A DNA stretch of 43,564 bases from Candidatus Levybacteria bacterium RIFCSPHIGHO2_01_FULL_37_33 (lineage in GTDB: Bacteria > Patescibacteriota > Microgenomatia > Levybacterales > UBA12049): assembly GCA_001782085.1 (NCBI GenBank), contig MFNM01000022.1, positions 1 through 43,564 on the forward strand. Reading direction: 5' to 3'. The notes beneath the pieces were generated by a model. The model did not search any database and was not told where the DNA came from. It saw only the letters and a list, made by a program, of their open reading frames with translations. Shown piece by piece: positions 23,586 through 31,297 of the stretch. Position numbers and translations under genes: made by a program. Every line of letters begins with the position of its first letter. Within the stretch, counting starts at the first letter, position 1.

Positions 23586-24768
23586 GCGCATAGCCATTAT
23601 CCACGACTATATTAAAGAGTATGGAGGTGCTGAAAGAGTTTTGGAAGCGCTTCATGAGATTTGGCCAGATGCGCCGATTTATACTACAGTCTTTCTCCCA
23701 GATTTTTTAGGACCTCACAGAAATAGGTTCAAAAACTTCAAAATTAAGACTTCTTTTCTTCAATACCTGCCATTTAAGGAAAAACTTATCAGCCCTTTTA
23801 GAATTATTGCACCTTTGGTTTTTAAAACTTTTGATTTCTCAGAATTCGATGTGGTTATGGTTTCTGCAACAGGAGCATACAGTCCGAATTCGATTCGGAC
23901 AACAATTAACAATCGACAGTCAACAATTAACAAAAAAATAGTTCAAATTTGCTATTGTCATACTCCGCCCCGATATCTTTATGGGTATGCGACTGCTCGG
24001 GAATGGAAGAATAATTTAGTTTTTCGAGTTTTGGGGGAGCTTGCAAATCATTTCTTAAGGTTAGTTGATTTTAAAAGTTCACAAAATGTTGATTTTTTTA
24101 TTGCAAATTCAAAGAATGTTGCGGGAAGGATAAAAAAATTCTATAGAAAAGACTCAATAGTTATTTATCCACCGGTTGATACGCGGAATAAGGAATCAGG
24201 AATAAGGAATCAAAAAGTAAAAAAATCACATAATTCGTCATTCATAATTCATAATTCATATTTTTTAGCTGGCGGTAGGATAGCGAGGCCGAAAAATATT
24301 GAGTTGATAATTAAGACATTTGCTAAGCTAAAATTACCTCTTAAAGTTTTTGGAAAAGAATTCGGCGGACTTAGATTAAAAGAATCAGGAATTAGGAATC
24401 ACGAATCACGCATTGAATATCTGGGAGAAGTAAGCGATGAAGAAAAGTTAGAACTTATGAGAAATGCTAAGGCTTTTATTTTTGCCTCCGAAGATGAGGA
24501 TTTTGGGATTACTCCGGTTGAGGCAATGAGTGTTGGCACGCCGGTTATCGCATATCGGTCTGGGGGAGTTTTAGAGTCGGTTATTGAAGGGAAAACGGGT
24601 TTGTTTTTTGATGAATTGACAACCGAAAGCTTGTCAAAAGCAATCAAACAATTTAACAATTTAACAATTAATGCAAGCGATTGCATCGCCCAAGCCCAAA
24701 AGTTTTCAAAAGAAAGATTTAAAAAGGAAATAAAAGAGTTTGTAGAAAATAAATATAATAAAGATTAA
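23566..24768 (+). CDS. GT4-family glycosyltransferase with in-frame repeat insertions
   Basis: The EDFGITPVEAMSVGTPVIAYRSGGVLESV region and two Rossmann halves. Insertions at 23884-23927, 24185-24262, 24381-24411 and 24647-24668. Confidence 0.85.
   Translation: MKQSNNLRIAIIHDYIKEYGGAERVLEALHEIWPDAPIYTTVFLPDFLGPHRNRFKNFKIKTSFLQYLPFKEKLISPFRIIAPLVFKTFDFSEFDVVMVSATGAYSPNSIRTTINNRQSTINKKIVQICYCHTPPRYLYGYATAREWKNNLVFRVLGELANHFLRLVDFKSSQNVDFFIANSKNVAGRIKKFYRKDSIVIYPPVDTRNKESGIRNQKVKKSHNSSFIIHNSYFLAGGRIARPKNIELIIKTFAKLKLPLKVFGKEFGGLRLKESGIRNHESRIEYLGEVSDEEKLELMRNAKAFIFASEDEDFGITPVEAMSVGTPVIAYRSGGVLESVIEGKTGLFFDELTTESLSKAIKQFNNLTINASDCIAQAQKFSKERFKKEIKEFVENKYNKD
24185..24262 (+). repeat. Inverted heptamer array (GGAATMA x4 ... 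nnnATTC x4), in frame in the glycosyltransferase
   Basis: GGAATAAGGAATCAGGAATAAGGAATCA, a 16-nt A-rich loop, then CATAATTCGTCATTCATAATTCATAATTCATA. GAAT/ATTC cores are complementary. Translated as NKESGIRNQKVKKSHNSSFIIHNS. Confidence 0.75.
24381..24411 (+). repeat. Heptamer array AGAATCA GGAATTA GGAATCA CGAATCA, in frame in the glycosyltransferase
   Basis: Same word family as 24185 and 32699; translated as KESGIRNHESR. Confidence 0.75.
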
Positions 24769-24770
24769 AT

Positions 24771-25466
24771 ATGCCGGACGAAATAAGAGAAACACAGCCG
24801 CCTAAAGGATATAAGCATACACAGAAATTCGGTGGTACTCTCACATCTGAGAAAGAAGGTAAAATTATAGCTCTTGCTAATAGACCATTTAAGTATATTG
24901 ATGAACAATTATGTAATCTTATATCTACTGGAATTGATACAAAATTAAAGGGAGCAGTAGATCAGAAGACAAATATTCTTGATCTTGGAAGCGGTACTGA
25001 TTCTCTTGCTTGCAAACAAGTCGCAGAAAAATATGGAAAATCAGTAAATGTTGTCGGATTGGATTTTTTTCCTCAAAGTGCAGGAAAAGATAATATCTCA
25101 ATCGTACAGGCAAATATGGCGGAATTACCTTTTAAAGACGAGTCTTTTGATTTTATTTTTTCTTATCAAGCGCTGATGTTCTTGGAGCATGATAATGATG
25201 AAGCAGCGGTTGAAGAAATTCACAGAGTTCTCAAGCCTGGAGGATATGCTGTATTAGATTGGGATAGTGTTGGTTATATGAATGGAGATATCAAAAAAAA
25301 TCTTACAGATCTTGCGAGTCAGTTAGGTCTTATTTGGAGAAGTACAATCCTAGAACGAGAAGACAGAAGGAGTCAAATGGTTCATGTCTTATTTAAGCCT
25401 CCAGTTGACCAAGAATTCTTAGGAAAATTTAATGAAGTTCATGAAAGATTTGGAATAAAAGAATAA
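24771..25466 (+). CDS. Class I SAM-dependent methyltransferase
   Basis: Motif I ILDLGSGTD; post-I and motif III region VLKPGGYAVLD. Confidence 0.8.
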   Translation: MPDEIRETQPPKGYKHTQKFGGTLTSEKEGKIIALANRPFKYIDEQLCNLISTGIDTKLKGAVDQKTNILDLGSGTDSLACKQVAEKYGKSVNVVGLDFFPQSAGKDNISIVQANMAELPFKDESFDFIFSYQALMFLEHDNDEAAVEEIHRVLKPGGYAVLDWDSVGYMNGDIKKNLTDLASQLGLIWRSTILEREDRRSQMVHVLFKPPVDQEFLGKFNEVHERFGIKE

Positions 25467-25602
25467 TTATGGAGGTTCTTAAAAACTCACAGTTCTGTGG
25501 CTTTGGACCACACACTGAGCAATTATTTTAAAATATCAAAGTAATATGCAAGAGTTGTCTCAAATTAAATAAATAGTTGGAAATTTGTGGTATAATGAAT
25601 TT

Positions 25603-25752
25603 ATGAAAAAGCACCTTTTACATACAATAGTTTGGAAAGAAAATAAATTTTTTGTTGCAAAATTTTTGGAGATTGAACTTGCCAGTCAGGGAAAGACAAA
25701 AAAACAAGCTTTGCAAAATTTAAAAGAGGCTTCAGATCTCTATTTCAATTAA
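25603..25752 (+). CDS. Short HicB/UPF0150-like antitoxin-fold protein (orphan; not in the ORF track)
   Basis: MKKHLLHTIVWKENKFFVAKFLEIELASQGKTKKQALQNLKEASDLYFN fits the HicB N-terminal-domain pattern. ATG lies 6 nt after TGgTATAAT (25588-25596). No HicA partner was seen. Confidence 0.5.
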   Translation: MKKHLLHTIVWKENKFFVAKFLEIELASQGKTKKQALQNLKEASDLYFN

Positions 25753-25778
25753 GAACCGCTATGTGTTAAAATTTCCCC

Positions 25779-25850
25779 ATGCCGGAGTTGCCAGAGGTTG
25801 ATCCCACTTCACTAAAGTTTCGAGGGGCAAGAACAATTAAATTATTATAA
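25779..25850 (+). pseudogene. fpg/mutM start remnant interrupted by a CTAAAG-type palindromic element
   Basis: MPELPEV + DPTSLKFRGAR (element at 25803-25832) + TIKLL, then stop. PELPEVE is the invariant Fpg N-terminus. Confidence 0.6.
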
Positions 25851-25860
25851 AGGAAATAAA

Positions 25861-25965
25861 ATGCCTGAGCTACCTGAAGTTGAGACAATTAAATTGGGTC
25901 TTCAGAAATATCTCATCGCGGACTCCTTGTTTTTTGATGTTGTAAGTGGTAAGATTAATTTCTAG
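25861..25965 (+). pseudogene. fpg/mutM start remnant (34 codons)
   Basis: MPELPEVETIKLGLQKYL... then a premature stop. Full-length Fpg is roughly 270 aa. Confidence 0.65.
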
Positions 25966-25995
25966 TACTGAGCGCAGTCGAAGTACTAGTTTTTT
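25962..25995 (+). terminator. Intrinsic terminator
   Basis: Perfect 8-bp stem CTAGTACT/AGTACTAG, 12-nt loop GAGCGCAGTCGA, then TTTTTT. Confidence 0.7.
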
Positions 25996-26019
25996 ATGCT
26001 TCGGCGGGCTCAGCATATT

Positions 26020-26136
26020 ATGGGCAATAATCATAAGGAAAAGATTGTAATGTCCATTGGAGGATCCCTCATCGTATCAAATGGAGGAATTGATACTACT
26101 TTTTTTTCTAAATTCAATGTTGTCAACAACAAATAG
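26020..26136 (+). pseudogene. Displaced pyrH start remnant (38 codons)
   Basis: EKIVMSIGGSLIVSNGGIDTTFFSKFN versus the intact PyrH EKIAISLGGSLIVPNGGIDTAFLKRFN (19/27 identical by hand alignment), then stop. Confidence 0.7.
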
Positions 26137-26147
26137 GGAAAGCAACA

Positions 26148-28217
26148 ATGAATAGAAATATAGAAGTGCCGCCTATTAGCGGAGCACAAGAAGTACTTAA
26201 GAATAATGTACGAGTAATGCTTATTAACATGGAAGGAGAGTATGGTTTATCTTTACATGAACCGATTGGAATTGAATCAGTAGCAGCCCGTTTACTTGCA
26301 GAAGTTCCGGGCGTGGAGCTTGACATTTTTGATGTGCAACCGGAACTTGTTAGAACTGGTAAAGTAGATACTGATAAGCTTGCTGAACGCGTAAGAAATT
26401 TTGCAAGTAAAGATGGAATGCCTTTCCTTTTAGGAATAGGTGTTCCCATATATTCTTGGGAATATACAAAGTCTTTCCTTATAAAGCTTGATCAAGATCC
26501 TCCGAAATCTCCAGTGACTGTAGTATTGGGAAATGCAATTCCAACCTATACAAACCCAGAGCTAATAAAAAGGGAGTTTCCAAATGTTAAGCTAGTTGTT
26601 GGTGAAGGAGAAGAGGTATTTGCAGGTATGGCGAAAGCGTTAGCTCGAGGAGAGGAAGTACAAGATAGCCTGTATTATACGCCGCCAAACCTAGAAGAAT
26701 ATGTTCGTCCTTATCGTGGCTTAACCCAAGACGTTATTGATCTGGGGGGATCTGTTAAGATTGAGACCTCTCATGGTTGTGATTATGGTGCATGTACATT
26801 TTGCTCACGATGTCTGAGAGCGGGTAAAGATTATCGTACTGTCCCTGAGGGAACAGTGGTAAATGAGGCTCAGGGACTTCTTGATGATTTTAATATTACT
26901 CGTTTTGAATTAACCGATGAGGAAGCATTCGGAGACACAGAAGCAACATCAAGACTCGTTTCTGCTTTAAAATCTGCTGATATGCCACGTGTTCCTTTTG
27001 TCGCATCATTACGAGTTGATACGTTGATTAAGCTTAAGGAGCAAGGTTTGCTAGAACAACTACAAGAAGTGGGGCTAGATAAAGTGTTTTTGGGAGTAGA
27101 GGGTGGTTCCGATGAGTATCAAAAGCAAATTGCAAAAGGACAGAAAATGGCAGCTGTTAAAAAAGCTATGTTAATTGTTCAAGAAAGTGGAATTGATATG
27201 GAAATTGGATATATTATGTTTTCTTGGCGGATGAATTTTGACATGCTTAAAAAGAATATAGAGTTTTTGGCCGAAGGCAATGCTCAATTTGTGTCCTCTT
27301 TGTTCAATATTCTAGCGGTACGTGCAGGAACACTAGATGAGAAATTACTTCGTAAATATGTTCAGCAAGGTATTATTACTGATTACGACCCAGATGAAAT
27401 GTTTAGTGTAAATCTTTCGTACTATCGAGATGTTCCATTCCTTGACGAGAAGGTAGGACAATTATATCAAGAAGTTACTGAGTTTGGTAAGGCAGATGCA
27501 AGATTGTATTACTCTCTTAAGAGTTTAGTTCGCGCAGAATCACTCCCATTAGACATGCAAGAACAAGCAAGGGATTTATACTTACGAATGAAAGATTTAC
27601 ATCTAAAGTTTTTACAAAATGCTGTTGGCTTAGATCAGGACGACGGAATAGCTGAAAAACGGAGAAAGCTTGTTGAAGAAATACAAACTTTATTTGGCAC
27701 TTCTTCTATGGGAGATATATCAGACATCGTAATAAGAGAAACACTAGTTTTTCTTAATGAAGAGGCTGAAAGAAAAACCGCAACAGGAGAACAGATTGGG
27801 TCAATGATTGTATGTGTAAATTCACAGAATAAGATTTTACTAGTAAGACCTCGGGATGATGAAATGTGGGCATTTCCTGGTGGGGAAGTTAGGGATGGTG
27901 AAGAAATACGCGATGCTGCAATAAGAGAGGTAAGAGAAGAGCTTGGGGTAAAAGATGTAGAAATACTTGATCAATTACCCGTAATTTCAAAAGAAGGACA
28001 TCATGATGCCACAACAGGCGCACGGTCACGGCTAATACTCTACCATTCGACTGCGCGAATAAAAGGGGAAATAGACATACATAAGTCAGATCATGAAGTG
28101 GTAGACACATTGTGGCTTAGTTCTGAAGAGATTTTAAGAGAAAGAGTAAAGAGTCGTGATAACGTGAAAGAAATCGCTCGTATTCTCTCAGAGAGGAAAA
28201 CGGGAGTTCATAATTGA
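26148..28217 (+). CDS. Fusion protein: B12-binding-like domain + radical SAM core + helical linker + C-terminal Nudix hydrolase
   Basis: VVLGNAIPT...VVGEGEE (B12-type rSAM N-domain), SHGCDYGACTFCS cluster motif, and a complete Nudix box GGEVRDGEEIRDAAIREVREELGV near the C-terminus. SD-like AGGGAAAG lies upstream. Confidence 0.8.
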   Translation: MNRNIEVPPISGAQEVLKNNVRVMLINMEGEYGLSLHEPIGIESVAARLLAEVPGVELDIFDVQPELVRTGKVDTDKLAERVRNFASKDGMPFLLGIGVPIYSWEYTKSFLIKLDQDPPKSPVTVVLGNAIPTYTNPELIKREFPNVKLVVGEGEEVFAGMAKALARGEEVQDSLYYTPPNLEEYVRPYRGLTQDVIDLGGSVKIETSHGCDYGACTFCSRCLRAGKDYRTVPEGTVVNEAQGLLDDFNITRFELTDEEAFGDTEATSRLVSALKSADMPRVPFVASLRVDTLIKLKEQGLLEQLQEVGLDKVFLGVEGGSDEYQKQIAKGQKMAAVKKAMLIVQESGIDMEIGYIMFSWRMNFDMLKKNIEFLAEGNAQFVSSLFNILAVRAGTLDEKLLRKYVQQGIITDYDPDEMFSVNLSYYRDVPFLDEKVGQLYQEVTEFGKADARLYYSLKSLVRAESLPLDMQEQARDLYLRMKDLHLKFLQNAVGLDQDDGIAEKRRKLVEEIQTLFGTSSMGDISDIVIRETLVFLNEEAERKTATGEQIGSMIVCVNSQNKILLVRPRDDEMWAFPGGEVRDGEEIRDAAIREVREELGVKDVEILDQLPVISKEGHHDATTGARSRLILYHSTARIKGEIDIHKSDHEVVDTLWLSSEEILRERVKSRDNVKEIARILSERKTGVHN

Positions 28218-28270
28218 TTTTCATAGTACTGACTGTTACTATCATATTTTAGTACTGATACCAACTTTTT

Positions 28271-28981
28271 ATGACAAATAATAATTATTCTGAGAAAATT
28301 GCTATCTCGCTAGGGGGTTCGCTTATTGTCCCAAATGGAGGCATAGATACAGCCTTTCTTAAGAGGTTTAATGATTTCATAAGAGACAAACTGGCGGAAA
28401 AAGAAAACCGCCAGTTTTTTATTGTAGTAGGGGGTGGATCAACTACTAGGCATTACCAAAAAGCAGTAAGAGAAGTTGTAGGAGACAAGCTTGCTTCTGA
28501 AGATTTAGATTGGCTTGGTATTCATGCGACAAGACTTAATGCCCATCTTATCCGTACCATTTTTCGGGACATCGCCCATTCTTATATTCTTAAGCATTAT
28601 GAAATCATAAGGAAAGTGGATGAGCCAGTTGTTATTGGTTCTGGTTGGAAGCCGGGGTGGTCTACGGATTATTGCGTCGCAATGGCTTGCGAGGATTATA
28701 ATATCAAAACGATTATAAATTTAAGCAATATTGCTCAAGTTTATGATAAAGATCCAAAAAAGTTTCAAGATGCAAAACCAATTAATAAAATTTCCTGGGA
28801 AGATTTTCGAAAACTGGTGGGGGATAAGTGGATTCCCGGAATGCATGCACCATTTGATCCGGTTGCTTCTAAAAACGCTCAAGAACTTGGAGTAAAGGTT
28901 GTAGTTCTCAAGGGTGATGATTTCGAAAATCTCGAAAATTACTTCAACGGCAAAAAATTTGTTGGAACTGTGATAGAATAA
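28271..28981 (+). CDS. pyrH: UMP kinase, archaeal type
   Basis: ISLGGSLIV, VVGGGSTTRHY and DWLGIHATRLNAHLI are typical of archaeal-type uridylate kinases (amino acid kinase fold). Confidence 0.8.
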   Translation: MTNNNYSEKIAISLGGSLIVPNGGIDTAFLKRFNDFIRDKLAEKENRQFFIVVGGGSTTRHYQKAVREVVGDKLASEDLDWLGIHATRLNAHLIRTIFRDIAHSYILKHYEIIRKVDEPVVIGSGWKPGWSTDYCVAMACEDYNIKTIINLSNIAQVYDKDPKKFQDAKPINKISWEDFRKLVGDKWIPGMHAPFDPVASKNAQELGVKVVVLKGDDFENLENYFNGKKFVGTVIE

Positions 28982-29048
28982 ATTGCTTTATTGTTTGATT
29001 GTTGTATTGTTTTTTGATTTAACAATTTAGCAATGGTACAATTTAGCC
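28982..29048 (+). repeat. Inverted array of 8-nt units (ATTGYTnn x4 / ARCAATnn) containing the recF promoter
   Basis: ATTGCT 28982, ATTGTT 28990, 28998 and 29006, loop, AACAAT 29021, AGCAAT 29029, TACAAT 29037. TGgTACAAT sits 6 nt before ATG 29049. Confidence 0.8.
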
Positions 29049-30110
29049 ATGTTTCTCCGATCACTCAGTCTTCAAAATTTTAGAAACTACGAAAAGGCGG
29101 ATTTTAATTTTGCAAAAGATACAGCCATAATTGTTGGTCCGAATACTTCGGGTAAAACAAATTTTGCAGAAAGCATCTTTTATCTTGCAACGGGAAGAGG
29201 TTCTAAAGCCGAAAAAGACGCAGACTTGATACGTTTTTCGCAAAACTTAGCGAGGCTTTCGGGAGTACTTGAGGATAAAACAGAGCTTTCTGTTGTTGTC
29301 TGCCGGGAAGAATCAGATACGCGGGAAACAATTCGCAAGAAATATTTGGTAAACGGTGTTTTCAAAAGAAGAGTGGATTTTGCGGGAAATTTTGCTTGTG
29401 TAATTTTTTCTCCGGAGGATTTGGATATTATAATCGGCGGGCCGAACTTAAGAAGAAGATTATTGGACAATCTCTTAGAGCAGGTTGATAGGGACTATAG
29501 AAATGCGACAATTGTTTATACAAAAGCTCTTCGGCAAAGGAACGCGCTTTTAGACCGGGTAAGAGAATCAGGAGTAAGAAATGAAAAACTTTTCGAGTAT
29601 TGGGACGATCTTTTAATAAATAATGCGGCCGTTATTACAAAAAAAAGAGAAGAGTTTGTGCAGTTTATAAATGATTTTTCAAAAGAGATTTTTGATTTTA
29701 TTGTTTTTTACGACAAGAGTATTGTATCAAGTGCTCGGCTTTTGCAATATAGGCAGGCAGAAGTCGGAGCAGGGGTAACACTGGTTGGTCCACATCGAGA
29801 TGATGTGTCTTTTAGTATGTTTAATAACACGAGGCAAACAACACATGACATAAAATCTTTTGGATCAAGAGGACAACAGCGGTTAACTATTCTTCAGATG
29901 AAAATTATCGAGCTTTCTTTTATAGAAAAAATAATAGGGCAAAAACCTATCCTTATTTTGGATGATATATTCTCAGAGCTTGACTCAGGACACATAAAAT
30001 TGGTTTTGGATATGCTTTCGAATCAGCAATCAATTGTTACGACAACGCATAAAGAATTTATCGATTCAAAAATTCTTAAAAATGCCGACGTGATAGAATT
30101 GAGTAAATGA
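29049..30110 (+). CDS. recF: DNA replication and repair protein RecF
   Basis: Walker A GPNTSGKTN, SMC-like signature, Walker B LILDDIFSELD. Confidence 0.9.
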   Translation: MFLRSLSLQNFRNYEKADFNFAKDTAIIVGPNTSGKTNFAESIFYLATGRGSKAEKDADLIRFSQNLARLSGVLEDKTELSVVVCREESDTRETIRKKYLVNGVFKRRVDFAGNFACVIFSPEDLDIIIGGPNLRRRLLDNLLEQVDRDYRNATIVYTKALRQRNALLDRVRESGVRNEKLFEYWDDLLINNAAVITKKREEFVQFINDFSKEIFDFIVFYDKSIVSSARLLQYRQAEVGAGVTLVGPHRDDVSFSMFNNTRQTTHDIKSFGSRGQQRLTILQMKIIELSFIEKIIGQKPILILDDIFSELDSGHIKLVLDMLSNQQSIVTTTHKEFIDSKILKNADVIELSK

Positions 30111-30961
30111 AAACTTTCGATCCTGAAATACTTAAAAAACTGTATAAACCGCCGCCAGACTCTCATAAAGGACAGAATGGGAAGCTGCTTTTAATCGGAG
30201 GATCTAAGATTTTTCATGCGGCTTCGCTCTGGTCCCTAAAGGTTGCGTCAAGAATAGTTGATATGGTTTTTTATTCATCCATTCCCGAAAACAACCAGAT
30301 AGTTCAAAAGACAAAACAGGAATTTAGAGACGGAATAGTAGTTTCGCGAAACAAGGTCGAAGATTACATAAATGAAGCCGATTGCATTCTCATTGGTCCG
30401 GGATTGCCAAGAAAAGAGGGAGAGGAAGAGGGTGATGATGACACAAAATTCTTAACAGAAAAACTCCTTAAAAAGTACCCTAATAAAAAGTGGGTTATCG
30501 ATGGAGGCTCTCTTCAAATGATGGATTTGGAGATTATCCCGGGCAATTCAATCTTGACGCCCCACAAAAGAGAGTTCGAGATGCTGAAATTAAAAATTAA
30601 AAATGAAAAATTAAAAATGACAATTCAAAATTTAAAATTGGAAGAACAAATTGCAGAGCTTGCTAAAGAGTTTAATTGTGTAGTTTTGCTCAAGGGAGAA
30701 AAAGATTATGTTTGTTCGCCTCGGGAGTGCACAGAGGTTCCTGGGGGGGATGCGGGGATGACAAAAGGAGGAACGGGAGATGTTTTAGCAGGTTTGGTTG
30801 CGGCTTTGTATTGTAAAAACGATGCATTTATTTCGGCCTGCTCTGCATCATTTATAAACAAAAAGGCAGGGGAAAGCTTATTCAAAAAAGTCGGTTACTA
30901 CTTTAACTCCTCAGACCTCGTTGACGAAATTCCTAAGGTTATGAAAGAATTAATCTTCTGA
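30107..30961 (+). CDS. nnrD: ADP-dependent NAD(P)H-hydrate dehydratase (YjeF C-terminal type) with in-frame A-rich insertion
   Basis: HKGQNGKLLLIGGS and GTGDVLAGLVAAL motifs. Insertion at 30587-30642 is translated as KLKIKNEKLKMTIQNLKLE. Confidence 0.8.
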   Translation: MKTFDPEILKKLYKPPPDSHKGQNGKLLLIGGSKIFHAASLWSLKVASRIVDMVFYSSIPENNQIVQKTKQEFRDGIVVSRNKVEDYINEADCILIGPGLPRKEGEEEGDDDTKFLTEKLLKKYPNKKWVIDGGSLQMMDLEIIPGNSILTPHKREFEMLKLKIKNEKLKMTIQNLKLEEQIAELAKEFNCVVLLKGEKDYVCSPRECTEVPGGDAGMTKGGTGDVLAGLVAALYCKNDAFISACSASFINKKAGESLFKKVGYYFNSSDLVDEIPKVMKELIF

Positions 30962-31231
30962 CTGACTCTGGAGTTTTTGGGAGAGGCGGGAGAGTTGGAG
31001 GGTTACGAAAACTGCAAGAACAGTTACTACAAGCGCATAAATCAAAAGTGAAATAATGCCAGAATTGCCCGGAAGCCATTTTTTGACATAACTATTTACA
31101 ACTTCTTGAATTAGACTATTCCATGCGAGAGCGGCCACCAGTCCAAATCCGCTGGTTGAAAGAGTAACCATTTGTTTTATTACCTCAACATGCAGTCTTT
31201 TTTCTTCTTCGCTTTGTTTTCTCCCCGCCAT
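30950..31231 (-). CDS. Small membrane protein (DUF5654-like)
   Basis: MAGRKQSEEEK...GFGLVAALAWNSLIQ... with two TM helices. Internal ATG chosen because the longer track ORF overlaps the Fic gene. Confidence 0.5.
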   Translation of the reverse strand: MAGRKQSEEEKRLHVEVIKQMVTLSTSGFGLVAALAWNSLIQEVVNSYVKKWLPGNSGIISLLIYALVVTVLAVFVTLQLSRLSQKLQSQSED

Positions 31232-31297
31232 TAGCTTATTATAACACTTATTTTGAATATTTAAATTCTTCGGGAAATATGCGATAATTGGATACGA

